Shown here in pieces: positions 36,074 through 49,600 of a stretch of DNA of 64,000 bases (its first letter is position 1; every line of letters starts with the position of its first letter). The DNA is from Octopus sinensis (taxonomy: Eukaryota): the NCBI RefSeq assembly GCF_006345805.1, contig NC_043001.1:37262001-37326000 (forward strand), written 5' to 3'. Position numbers and translations under genes: made by a program. The notes under the pieces are model-generated. The model made no database searches. It saw nothing but the letters and a program-made list of their open reading frames with translations, and was not told the origin of the DNA.

Positions 36074-37599
36074 CTAACATAGTAGATATAAATTGTATTA
36101 AATATCATCTGAAGATCACCTATGTTTTTGAGTGGTAGGTTTAATCTCCACCTGGTTTTTGACAACCTTAATTGCTGACCATACTGTTGCAAGCATTTAG
36201 ACCAAAGCTCTAGTGTGATTTCTTCGTACCAGTCAACAAAGTACTGGAAAGGGTCAAGGGTGCAGTTCTCCTTCTTCTGACTAAATTATTTGAATTAAAA
36301 AATATCAATTTTACTTGAAGTTTCAGAATTACACATGAATTAGTGGAAGGGTTAATAGTGTGTTGGATTGAAGACTGAAACTCTGATCTGGTCATTGCAT
36401 TGTGCTCATGGCCAAGATGCTAAACTCTTAGTGGCTCACATCACCAAACAATGAATAAACAATGGCAAAAGGAAGTTTACATCACTCACAGATATGTATG
36501 ATCTGGTAGCTTATACCATATTTTTGATGATTTTTTTAAGTGCTTGTGTATCCATGATGCCTTCTCAGCCCTCCCGTCACTGAGCCAGCAGAACATCAAG
36601 GATCTGACAACTGGATGGGGAGCGGGTTGTACCAGCAGTCAACTGATACTCAATTTCAACTGGGTAGACAGAAGCAACATGAAATAAAAGTGCCTTGCAC
36701 AAGGATGCAATGTGTTGCCTGGTCCACGAACCCAACCAATTACCTTAAGATTGTAAGATCAACATTCTAACCACTAAGTCATGTACCTTTATTTAGTATG
36801 TGTAGGTACAGTTAGAATATCCTCATACATATAGTTTGAAAAACAGAGTCAACCAAGCTGATTTGCTACAAATATTGTAGTCAGAATTTTCAGTGGAATA
36901 ACAAATGAAGTAATGAGCTTTGAATATCACGCAAAACTGCATTACAAGTTAAGTTAGTGTTAACAGACAGAATTAAAATATTAACTAGAAATATTTATGT
37001 GATGAGGAACAAAAAAACTGTCTGTATAATATTTCAGTTATTTTGGCAGGTATGGGAGACAACTCTAAAAATATTTTAGTCTTGTGACCTTGTAGGCAAA
37101 GCATACACTTCACTACAGTTGCTAAATTAGTGACAAGAAGATATTAACCCCAGATTCATTTTTTTTTACTATCTACATTGATATTGATATAAAAATAAAC
37201 TCATGAGTCTCAAATGTTTATTCACATAATAATATATAGATAATACACTGTCTTTATACATACACTTGTCTTGTAACACAAGTGTTTGAAGCTCTTGAAT
37301 TTGTTTCACTTCATAAGATTTACTTTCTAAACCATTCAGCATGAACTAGAGTAATTTGTTTATTTTCTGTCTTTGAAAATTCATTCTGTTGTCTTCTTTG
37401 TTTCATAATGCTTAATGTAACAGTTTTAAGTTGTCTAAATTATGCAATGGTGTCTCTACTTTCTTGCTGTAATAGCATCTCCACTTAGTTGTTCTGTTTC
37501 TGATATTTGAAAGTTCTTTCTGCTAACTGCTTCTTAAAGCTTAAATATTGTTTTAATATACATAACTTCTATTGATTCAACGTGCATCACAGTATTTAA

Positions 37600-37855
37600 T
37601 AATAATAATAATAATAATGAAATTATTGTATACAGTGCTCAGGTACGCCACAACTTGTCAGAAAGTGTGTATAGAATATATGCAGTAATGTACAAATGTC
37701 TGGAAAGCGAACAATGTATGAGTCAGATACATGCTTGTGTGTGTATGGAGGGGAGAAAATCAGGTGTAGTGTTGGTGAATCTCAGAAAGCATGGAAGTTT
37801 TGAAGGATGCAGTGCTCCGACAACTAACAACTGATGCCGGCAGTTTGTTCCATTT
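37600..37855 (-). mobile_element. CR1/L2-group LINE 3' end with (ATT)n tail
   Basis: WNKLPASVVSCRSTASFKTSMLSEIHQHYT*, then 3' UTR and (ATT)n. Confidence 0.75.
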
Positions 37856-38189
37856 ATAAGAGATTTATTCATTAATGTAACCCAGACTTCTTTTGAGGTA
37901 AGATGCTGCCATATAGACTAATGATACTTAAGTTTGATTAAATTTTTTTTCCACTAAGACTTACAAAAATCTTTCTAAATTTTTAAACAAGGTCACCACT
38001 TGTTAAACTTAAATATTTTTTTTTTTTTAATATTCATAAGTTCATTCTGCTACCTTCATTGTTTCATAATGCTTAACTCCAAGTGATACATCATTATCTT
38101 TTTCTTTGAAAAGAGGCGTTTCTTTGTTATTCCGTCATTTGCAGTGACTATAAATAATAAAATAAATGCACCCTTTCTATGGTGTATGT

Positions 38190-38360
38190 GTTCCCCAGCC
38201 CATCGCAGTGTTACTCATTTTTGCCAGCTGAGTGGACAGGAGCAACATGAAATGAAGTGTTTTGCTCAAGAACACAACGCGTCACCCGGTCCAGGAATCG
38301 AAACCACAATCTTACGATCATGATGCTGACACCCTAACCACTAAGCCACGCACCTCCACA
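38190..38360 (-). mobile_element. tRNA-derived SINE (third family; older relative at 36560-36790)
   Basis: Reverse complement gtggcttagtggttagggtg...ggtttcgattcc...ttgagcaaaacacttcatttc. Confidence 0.65.
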
Positions 38361-41300
38361 GTGACTATAAATATTAGGGCCAATTATTTGAGATTGTTTG
38401 AGGTGTATTTAACAAAGACAGTGTTTTCTATCCACAGCCAACTCTATGTTGCTTTAAGCAGTATAAAAAACAAGAACAATTTGAAATAGCAGATTGATAA
38501 TTCAAAAGGCCAGAATGTGTTAGTGCTTCCTCATATCTATACAAGAAATATTGTTCTTCATTAATTTTTGCTGTTAATCATACCTGTATAGTATTTTGAA
38601 TAATTTTCTTATTTTTCAGTTATTTTGACATTTTTATTTATTTCCTCATACTCTCATAGTCGACTTTCATTGTGTACCTTTCTCAATGATACTGCCACCA
38701 TTATTGAAGGCTTGGCTACTCTAGTATAGTTAAATAAAACTTTTCACACCAACATTTTTGCAAGACTTACAAGATTAAAAGCAAAGATGAAATCACAATT
38801 CAAGAGTCATCTTTAGAACTACAGACCTTGTCCAAAAGGTTATAACAGAGTGAACTATGCTCAAGACATCCGAGGACTGGGTAGTGGAATTATGGCAGAT
38901 GATGGATTAAGTCAAATGCCCCAAAATAGAAGATAATTCAGTAAACTACATCCTATCTCTACAAATGTGAGAACCTGTCACTTCTAATGACTCATAAAAG
39001 TGATTTTTGTAGCCAATAAACATTTCTTATTCCTTAGTCACCTTCAACACAAGTCGGATGAATATTACAGTATTGCTATATACTCTTCCTGTTGCTAAAC
39101 CTTATCTGTTTTTAAAGGGACATTTCTTTTTTTTTTTTATTTCACTCATCTAGAGCTAGAGGACAATTTTGTTGATAAGTAATGTCAGCACAAGTCATTT
39201 TTAGCTCAAGACTTTTTGCATGCAAAATGCAAACTGCATACATTCTCACAAACACATGCATATACGCACACACACGTATACATAGAGGTTTCCATCTATA
39301 TGCCAATAAGTAAATAAGGTAACAAATTAATAACAGGAATTGAACAAGTTTTGCTACTTCAGGGTTTGTATTGTGAAAAAATTGATTTCATTGTCATCTT
39401 GTATATCATTTGTTACTCTAAAAAAAAACAGTGTAGTTGGGTGGTAGAAACTGAGAAGCAGTAGACCAAAGGCCTCACAACATCTTCCAATTTAAATAGT
39501 AGGCCTCAACATCAATGAGGATCTCTCCTAGCAATCTCATATCCTTAACACAGCAAAGACTAGCCTTTCTCATCAAAACCAGAAAATATTTCAGCTCCCA
39601 ACTATTAGCCCATGACAAAGTTCCTGCAAAGCCCACAAGTGAATACTGTTCCTATAGCTGTGTGATGTCACCAACACATTCCAACATCTGGCCCAAATAT
39701 GCCTTTTCTACAGGTACTAGTGGCCTCTATTCCTTGAAGTTGGCTTGTTTCATACCCTCCACCCAATGTTGTGTTCATTTATCACACATATCCAGGACTA
39801 ACCACTATGCTCAATCTTTGTTTTCTGGAATTACCTTTGTACTCATGGAATTACATGCAGATTTACAAGAACATTATTAGTCATGTTGATCTGGGAAGGC
39901 CATGGACATAAACTTCTCTAAAACAAAACCATTTATAAAAATATATTTAAAAAAAATCTAACTAGGGTTGACAGTGAGCTTATTTTTTTTCACTACTCCA
40001 GGAGCATTAGAAAAAAAATGAAATAACAGGCCTATATGAAATTTATGTAAATGACAGCTCCTAGCTTACAAATTTGTGGCTTTATACAAATGTGAAAAAT
40101 TATATTCATGAAAGGAAATAAAGGTGGTATATGACTAAAGTCATTAGAGCAGTGGATAAAATGTTTCACAGTATTTGCTCCATCTACCAAGGTCAGCTTT
40201 GCCTTCCATCATTTCAGGATCAGTAAAAATTATCAATCTAGAGTAGTGGAGTGAGATGCTATAAAGAATTTGTTCAAGCCTTTGTATTCTGACAATAAAA
40301 CCTGTGATGACAATGAAGCCAAGCTGTATCAGTGCAAATCAGATGCCTTTCCCTTAGGTAAACATCAGTGATATGGAGTGGATAGAGATGCATGCATGGG
40401 TAGCAGCTAGTTTTTCTCAAAAAACCTTGCCCAGGCCTACATATACACACATGCAGATACATGCTCAACCTTGACTGACAGAAAAGACCCCCCGTATGAA
40501 GGAAATCATTATCTTTTACTGTATATATTTTTTTCTTTTCCATCTAAGCACACAATCTGTTTTCAAAGAGAACAATATTGTCGACCAAACTGACACCAAT
40601 ACATTACTGGGATCTATATTATAAGATCATTGATTTCAGTGGAATTTCAATAAATTTTATAATGCATTTAATCTGACATACATTGTCTTGTCCAATTGTA
40701 CCTTTACTCAGAATATTGCTTTATTACTTAAACACAAGGATATTTTGTGTAGGAGACAAAATACAGCTGATTGAATTGTTCCTAATGTAATAGTGGTATT
40801 TATTTGAACAAACCTCTACAGAGATGGAAAGGAAATTCTTCCTGAACAGAATCTGAAATCAGAAGATATCCCTATAGTTCAATATTCTGCAGTTTCTGCT
40901 AGCTTGTCAACTACGTTACTTTAAATAGTTATTTATTTCTATTGAGCACAAGATCTTATATTGATAGACCAGTGAAGATCCTCTTCTTTCCAAAAGTATT
41001 TGCAACATGCATAAGTTTCTTCCACTGTGAATCAAAATTAGTTCAAAATTTCAATTATTGTAAATATAAATTTTTATCACTAAACAGAAGGCTAATATTT
41101 TATAGACAAAGAGAAATAGAATATTAAAGTAATCATGCCTTTTCCCAAGAGCAATAGCTATGTAGGTGAAGTGAAACATGTTTAACTGGAACCAAAACTA
41201 CATTGTGGCCTCCATTAAATATCAAATTTACAAAAAAAAAGTTTTAAACATAAAATTTGAAAAAAGAACAAGGTGTTTTTCCCATTTTTATTTAACAAAA

Positions 41301-42580
41301 AAAAAATCTTACATACAAACTGAATTGAAAAAAAAAATCAGTATTTCAAACAATTTGTATCTTTGACTACATTTTCAAAAGGTACTCACTGCTCATTTCA
41401 TTCCAAAAAGGAGCTCTTTGTAATTATTTTAATTAAAATATAAATAACATTCTTGAATTTAGTTTACTGCAGTAAAGAAAAAAAATATAAACATTGAAAT
41501 GATAGCAGCTGTGAAATCACATTAAAAAAACCCCCTTTTTCTTCATGTAAGAAATTGTCATTTCTGGCAATATAAGAAAACCAAATAATTCACAAATGTA
41601 CATTCATTTTTTGATTGAAACCCAGAAAACATTGTGTGAAAGCAATGTCTGCTCCCTTAAACATACCTTATAATTTTGTTCATAAAGTTTGTTCATCAGA
41701 AGGACCTAATTAATAAGTTAATGATTATATGGCAAGTACAGTTCTCTCAAATATGCATCATGTGATAGAAAGAAATCTGGTGAAGATTCAAATTATACAA
41801 AATAACATGCTAACAGATAACAGCAATGAGTAAAGACTAGCATTAGACATATGAGTGATTATCTATAAAATATGTATAGAGACGTACATATGTGCATAAT
41901 ATTTTATCTTTTAAAGCTTCTTCAATAATAGTCAAATTTATTGTAATGTTTTAGATGACTAGCACTTCAATTTTTACTGAAGAGCTTACTCAACTATCTA
42001 TGTGTACATTTTTCTTTTTTCCCCTTTTACTTGTTTCAGTCAGCCACAGGAGTCACTGTTTTTAAAAGTCTGGCACTTATTCTATTGGTTTCTTTTGCTG
42101 AACTGCTAAGTTATGGAGACATACACAAACCGGCACCAGTTGTCAAGTGGTGGTCAGGAACAAACACATACACAGTGACACACAAGGATTTGATCAACCT
42201 GAGGAAATAGTAAAAGATACTTGCCCAAGGTGTCATGCAATAGGACTGAACCTGGACATGTGGTTGGAAAGCAATATTCTTACCACACAGTCACACCTAC
42301 ACCTATGCCACACCTGGTGCACAGGTTGATTGGGTGTACAAATGGGAGTAAGGTAACTCGATACAAGTTGTAAAGATTATTTATTCATTTGAATCTGATT
42401 TACTCTGCTCTTACTCCAAGTTTCTCACTTTGTACATTTCTTAGGAAAAATGTACAAAGAGAATAGTACAGAAGTAGAGACAGAGTGAAAACATTAGCTG
42501 AAAACACACACACATATATATGTGTGTGTGTGTGTACATATATAGACATGTGTAAGTGTGGTATATATTCTGTTATACCT

Positions 42581-42812
42581 ATTTCTTTACTACCCACAAG
42601 GGGCTAAACACAGAGGAGACAAACAAGGACAGACAAAGGTATTAAGTCGATTATATCGACCCCAGTGCGTAACTGGTACTTAATTTATCGACCCCCGAAA
42701 GGATGAAAGGCAAAGTCAACCTCGGCGGAATTTGAACTCAAAACGTAATGGCAGGCAATATACCGCTAAGCATTTTGCCTGGCGCGCTAACGTGTCTGCC
42801 AGCTCACCGCCT
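42581..42812 (-). mobile_element. SINE family 2, young copy
   Basis: Near-identical to the reverse complement of 17905-18136. Confidence 0.8.
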
Positions 42813-43661
42813 TATACCACACTAGTTCCAGCTCAAGAGCTACAGCCATGCTGGGCACTGCCATCTGCTGGAGAATTGCTGTTATATATGTACACACACA
42901 TACATACAATCCAAACAGTGTGCTGGAAGGTGCAATGCATTACCAAAAGGTTTGGACAGTGAATAAGTTCCACATTTGACTTCTATGCCTGCATTTTTGT
43001 CAAAAATGCAGATAAAGTGAATCAGTTGCATCTCTTGGGTAACAGGGCTTTTAGGATCATGTAATTTATGAGTCAAGAATTATTTTGTATAGTTCAAATA
43101 AATAAAAACGAAATAGATATAATACTGACAATTCAGTGGATTTCTAATCCTTGTAAAAATCATTCTTAAAATAATGTAAAAGTTCGATAGATGGTTTTTG
43201 TTTGTTTTTTTTTAAATAATTTAATTTTTGTATATGTTTTAAGAGATATGTTTGACAAGTTCTACAAAGCATTTGGGTGGAGAATCTGCTTCAAGAGACA
43301 ACCAGAGCTAAAAATAATTAAGCAAAGAAATTCTGGAGTTTAGTGATCTGAGAGCAGCATGTGAAAATAATCACAGGACATGCACAACATACATATAAAG
43401 GGTAAAATACTGAAAACTAAGAAAATCGTGTTTTTTAAGTACTTCTTTGGACAAGCGAGAAATAATTCTCTGAAGACATAACATGAAAAAGGAGAAAGTG
43501 AAAACTGAATATACAAATATAGGTTTTCATTCTAAATCACTGCCTAAAAATTCACAACCGGTAGATTCTCTAATGGAAAATGAGCACAAACAAGAATTAA
43601 TTGTGCACAATTGGACCCAACATTATTTATTACCAATTGCTTCCAATTAACATAACATTAA

Positions 43662-43840
43662 CTCTTTTGTTACCATATTCTCATTGAAATACACTGTTTT
43701 TGTTTCAATTAATTTTGAAAATAATGAAGAATTCAGTAAAATTTAGTAGAATGTATTAAGCTCAAGTTTGGAATATAAATTACGAAATTTTGATGCAAGG
43801 TTTAACTAGGACAGTCTCAGGTGGTTTCCTATCAAAAGGG
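43662..43840 (+). mobile_element. TTAA-flanked piggyBac-type MITE
   Basis: TTAA|ctcttttgttacc...tatcaaaaggg|TTAA; same family as 49338-49559. Confidence 0.8.
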
Positions 43841-45715
43841 TTAAATCTAAACAAAACATTAAAATCATTGCTTGAAGAGAGCTGGGTTTATTTTATGAAT
43901 GTATCATTTGTAAAGAGAAAGAATTGAGATAAACAAGAAAAAAAATGTAACTGAAGGAATTGCAAGGAAATGCTCTCAAGAAAAATATGCAAAAGTGAAT
44001 TACTTTTGTGTTCTGTAACAGAACGGTAATTAATTCAAATTTTGATAAAGAAGGATAGGTATAATTACATCATTAGTATTGATACAGAATCGGTATATTG
44101 ATATTATAACAGTCATTTCAAATACTGAACTAAAAAAATTTTTTTAACTTTTAAAATTAAATTTTACTAACTAGACAATTTTATATTAGTCATGATGAGT
44201 GATAAAAATCCTTAATAAATTACATTGTTCAATGTTTTAAAAAATCTCAACCTTTCTGATTTACTATCAGATAATATTTGATAAACATGAAAGTTACCCC
44301 TCAGAGATAAATAAGTACAACCACTACTATTAATTACTACCATCACAATTATTATAAGCTAATCAAAGAATTTTCCTGTCAAAGATTTACCCATTATAAT
44401 GATTCCTTCTTTTAAAAGATTTCCTAAGGTTATGATCTGAACCTGCAACCTTCTTACTTGCCAAAATGGCATTTAAATAACCAGAGCTAACATTTACCAA
44501 TTAAATATGTTAGATTAGAAATAGAAAAGGCACAAGTGACAAATTTATTTTTACTTTTCAAAGTATCATATTTTGAGAATGTCATATCAATATAAGTTCA
44601 GTTAATTTAGCTTGTTTTAAAAATAGATAGTTTGTTTTGTTGTTTTTCTTTTCAGCAAATCAGTTACAGCTCATAAATGAAGCTATTTTTCAGCACATCA
44701 ACTGTCACAGTTAATTTTAACGGTTAAAAGCTGGAGATTGAAAACTTGTAAAAAGAAAACTTCAATACAAATAAACAATAAATAAAATAAGATAATGAAC
44801 TTTAAAACTGTTACACTTAAAAACACTCAAGATAAATTATACACACACACATATATATACACATAAGTTGACTACATTGCAGCCATGTGGAGTTGCAATG
44901 GCCAGATGGATATGGTATCAGCCTCTCGGTTGAACAAGTTGTGGGATTAAACCTATCCCACCACTGTGCCTAAAGTAAGGTACTGAACCTTCCCTGACCC
45001 TCATAACTGATAGCAAGATAGAACAAAAAAACAACATTGGACTAAGTGAAAACTGATGAGTAGTTTACAATTCCAAGAGTGTGTCCTTGTACACAAGAGT
45101 GAATGGATTATGGTAAAATTTTAAATTTCAGATCTTTGAAGAAAAAACAATTAACAAGCAATACTCAATATGTTAAATTGTTGAAGGATGAGAAATTGGT
45201 GAAATGATAAATATACACTAATCCACCTGTTCATTTAGGCACCTGAACTTATTATTACCAGTCAATGTAGGAAATATGTAAATATGAGGATACTGAAGTC
45301 AGTAAATGTGTTAAAAAAAAGTGTAGTCAAAATATTCATGGGTATTGATGAGTAATGTTTGGTGATCAATGTCGTGGAGAAATAACTACATGTAAAGCCA
45401 TTGTCAGTTATAACATTTTTATAAGATTTACATTAAAAGCTATATTAGCTGGGGTGTGAGTCTATAAAAAATGAAATGTGATATATATATATATAGAGAG
45501 AGATTTTCTGAATATTCAGCATATAGTAGACAACAATCTCAAATGTATATGTATATTGAAATGTGGTACCAAGCCCAAAAGTATGTTTAACAGTATTTGA
45601 AAAATTGTTTTAATAACCCTTTAGATATAAACATTATCACATCAATTCCTGTTGGGTTGTTTGGCAAAATTCAGCAATAAATAATACTTTCTAATATATA
45701 TATATAAAATGCAAA

Positions 45716-45918
45716 CTGGCAGAAACATTAGCACGCCAGGCAAAATGCTTAGCAGTATTTCATCTGTCTTTACGTTCTGAGTTCAAATTTTGCCAAGGTC
45801 GGCTTTGCCATTCATCTTTTCGGGGTGTTGATAAATTAAGTACCATTTGCATATTGAGGTTGATTTAATTGACTGGCCCTGCCCCCCAAAAATTTCGGGC
45901 CTTGTGCCTAGAATACAA
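45716..45918 (+). mobile_element. SINE family 2
   Basis: ggcagaaacattagcacgccagg... Confidence 0.75.
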
Positions 45919-45921
45919 AAG

Positions 45922-45964
<43 letters not shown>

Positions 45965-46454
45965 AATCCACCAGTATACATACATACATACATATATATA
46001 TATATATCAACATCATTATCACCATGTATCATCAACATCACCATCATATCCCCACCTTCTCGTATATATATTTACACACACAGCTTTTATCACTTCTAGC
46101 TTGCCAGTCTGTAAAGATTATGGACATGTACCTTCATCTAGACTCAGCAGGAAAAAAGAAACTAGAGCTACTGTTTGACAAACAAAAACTATATATATAT
46201 GTATATATGTGTGTATGTATATATATATATATACATGCATCAACGAAAAACAAATAATAAAAATCTAGAAACTATAACATTGATAAAAATTGACTTACAT
46301 GGAAAATATATAACTAATGGGAATGTGCACACTCTCTCTCTCTCTCTCTCAATCTCATATATTTGGAAATAGATGAAATTATATTAAAACAAAACAATTC
46401 AAATAACATGATGGACAGAAATTAAGGCTCAAAAAGTGTTGACTGCATTCATTA

Positions 46455-46607
46455 TCAAGTTATAATGTTAATATCCTCTGCATAATATGAAATTAATAAG
46501 ATCACGCTGAAACCAATGATCATACCAATATTTTGTAGTATGAACAGCTGCATTTTACCAACATCCTGGTTTTCTTTGGCTTCTACAACTTGGTTCATTT
46601 CTGGCAT
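46455..46607 (-). CDS. SLC39A14-like: ZIP last exon (TM8) and stop
   Basis: ttacattacag|[50 protein letters not shown]; missed by the ORF track. Confidence 0.94.
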   Translation of the reverse strand: MPEMNQVVEAKENQDVGKMQLFILQNIGMIIGFSVILLISYYAEDINIIT

Positions 46608-49600
46608 CTGTAATGTAAAACAGAATCAAGTTACAAAGTGATATATATATATTTTAAAATCCTTATTGTTGCCAATATCATTAACATCACAGCTTCAACT
46701 TTTAGTTTTCTATATTGATTTGAATGAAAGGCCACTATCCCTGGTGAAGAGGATTGTCCTGCAAGAGTCCTGTGTTGGTGCCACGTAAAAAGCACTCCTG
46801 TTGGTGTCATGTTAAAAGTATCCATCACACACTGTAAAGTGGTTGGCAATTAGGAAGGGCATCTACCCAGGAAAACCTGGGACGAGGTGGTGAAGCACGA
46901 CCTTCAAACTTTAGGTCTCACCGAGGAAATGACCAGAGACCGAGACTTTTGGAAGTATGCTGTGCGTGGGAAGACCTGGCAGGACAAATGAGACCATAAC
47001 CCGTGGCCTCTACCTGGGACGTAGCCAGCCCACTTATGCATACCTTTCCTTCTTGTGACACAAACCCTACTTGTGAAGACCTGTTGAGGCAAATGAAAAT
47101 CAAAATCAAAATTGAAATCGATCAACATCAATGGAAATTGTAGCTGTGATACCCAGTGCCGGTGGCACATAAGAGAGCCATCCAAACGTGACCGTTGCCA
47201 GCGCTGCCCCGACTGGCCTCCGTGCCGGTGGCACGTAAAAAGCACCAACCGATTGTGGCTGTTTGCCAGCCTCGTCTGGCAGGTGGCACGTAAAAAGCAC
47301 CCACTACACTCACGGAGTAGTTGGTGTTAGGAAGAGCATCCAGCTGTAGAAACACTGCCAGATCAGACTGGGCCTGGCGCAGCCTTCTGGCTTCCCAGAC
47401 CCCAGTTGAACCGTCCAACCCATGCTAGCATGGAAAACGGACGTTAAACGATGATGAAGATGATGATGATGATCTAACTGTAGAAACCAAGCTAAATCAG
47501 GCTGGAATCTGGTGCAACTCCCCAGCTTGCCATCTCTGATTAAATTGCCCAACTCATGGCAGCATGGAAAACAGATGTTAAAGGATGATGATAATGATGA
47601 CTTGTGAGATTTGTGGAAGTTATTTAAACTATCAGACATATGCCAGAATAAAAACTGTTCATGTAAAAAAAAACAAAAAAAAAAACATAACGGTGATAAT
47701 GATAACAGTAACAAAAATAATATTGGTATTGATGATATCAACGGCAGCAATGATAACAAGACAGAGATTTTCAATGAATGAGAAAGTAAATGCTTCTAAA
47801 GTAAAATGTAAAAATGTAATGTAAAAATAATTTTAATGTAAATTGATGAAATTATATTATACAGAATAGAATATTTCAAGTTATTTCATTCCATAATTCA
47901 TTCTTAAGAATTGAAAATCATTTTGGAATTTTTGTTATAGAAATTAGAAACAGGATTAAAATTATTAAATACAGTAATCACTTGCTATATTGTGGTTCAC
48001 CTATCGTGCCCTCCATACATAACGGATTTTTTTGGCTAATATATGTAAATTTATATTGCAGACTCCTCAGTATATTGTGGGTTTCTGCAGCTGATAGGTA
48101 TTTATATTTCTTTAGATTTCAATTATTTCTGTGGTAAAATAAGCATTTTTATGCCTAAAAATTAATAAACTAATAAATGAAAATACAGTACAGTGCTGCA
48201 CTGTATAACACATTAATTAAAATATCTTAAAAGAAAATACAGTGTACTGTAGGTGAGTAAACAAAGAATTGCACATACTGTATGGAAAACGAAACTCAGG
48301 AGGTGAATGTGTGGTGTTGACCTGTTGAGGCAAGTGAAATCTAAATCAAATTCAATGATTGGCATCAGTGCTAGTGGAGCGCTAAGAGCACCATCCGAGC
48401 GTGACCGTTGCCAGAGCAGCTAACTGGCTTCCATGCCGGTTGCACGTAAAAAGCACCATTCAAGCGTGATCGTTACCAACGTCACCTTACCGGCACTTGT
48501 GCTGGTGGCACATGAAAAAACATTCAAGCGAGGTCGTTGCCAGTGCCGCTGGACTGGCTCCTGTGTAGGTGGAATGTAAAAAACACCATTTGAGCATGGC
48601 TGTTGCCAGTACTGCCTGACTGGCCCATGTGCTGGTGGCACATAAAAGCACCCACTACACTCTCGGAGTGGTTGGCATTAGGAAAGGCATCCAGCTGTAG
48701 AAACTCTGCCAGATCAGATTGGAGACTGGTGCAGCCATCTGGTTCGTTAGTCCTCAGTCAAATCATCCAACCCATGCTAGCATGGAAAGCAGACGTTAAA
48801 CGATGATGATACCAATTATAAAAATAATAATAATAAATATATAATACAATACTGTTTCTACTTTGCTGATTTTCGCCTATCGCAGTGGAGTTTGGAATGT
48901 AATACCTGCGATAGTTAAGGGATTACTAGTATTTTATTCTTTTTTTTCGTGTTCAGTAAACTACTTATCAATAAATAAAATTCTATTTGTTTCTCCTGTC
49001 TTCTTTATCTGGCTTCACTATCATCAACAATGAATACAGCTTAAACAAATAATAACAATTCCTCTACCTAAAGCATTTCAAGAGCACTTTCAAAACTTAG
49101 CATCATGTAAAATATACCCATTGAAAAATATGGAGTTGGTTTGAAAGATCTACAAAACATTCTCTCTTCAATTTACAATTACATATAGAAAACATCTTTT
49201 CATGCACCACAGAACTAATACTTGCATAAAATTTGGTCTAACTGTAAGATAACATGGCAAATTGATAAATTCAACAAGAGAGAGAAGCTAAGGTTTTAAA
49301 TCTTAAGAGATAAAACAAATGAACAAAATTATTTTAACCCTTTTGTTACCATATTTCTGTTGAAATGTTCTGTGTTTCTTTCAATTCATTTTAAATATAA
49401 CAAAGAATTCAGTAAAATAACATAGTTATCATTCAGCTAGTGTTAAGAACATAAATTGTGATTAAGGTTTGGTGGAAGATTTTAATTCAAAATTTATGAA
49501 AACAAGACATTTGTACTACAAAGCCAGAGGCAGTTTCAGCCTGGTTGGTATCAAAAGGGTTAACCCTTTTGATACTAACAAATCTGACCCTGGTTCTATG

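Noticed and set aside
38850-38945. Possible LINE C-terminal remnant (NYAQDIRG...SQMPQNRR)
   Set aside because: The similarity is too short and weak to support by eye.
30540-46400. A third protein-coding gene between API5 and the ZIP gene
   Set aside because: No chain of splice-flanked exons with recognisable protein motifs was found; the only coding-like pieces are LINE remnants.
43620-46450. ZIP polyadenylation site
   Set aside because: Several AATAAA-like hexamers occur in AT-rich sequence and none can be singled out without 3'-end data.
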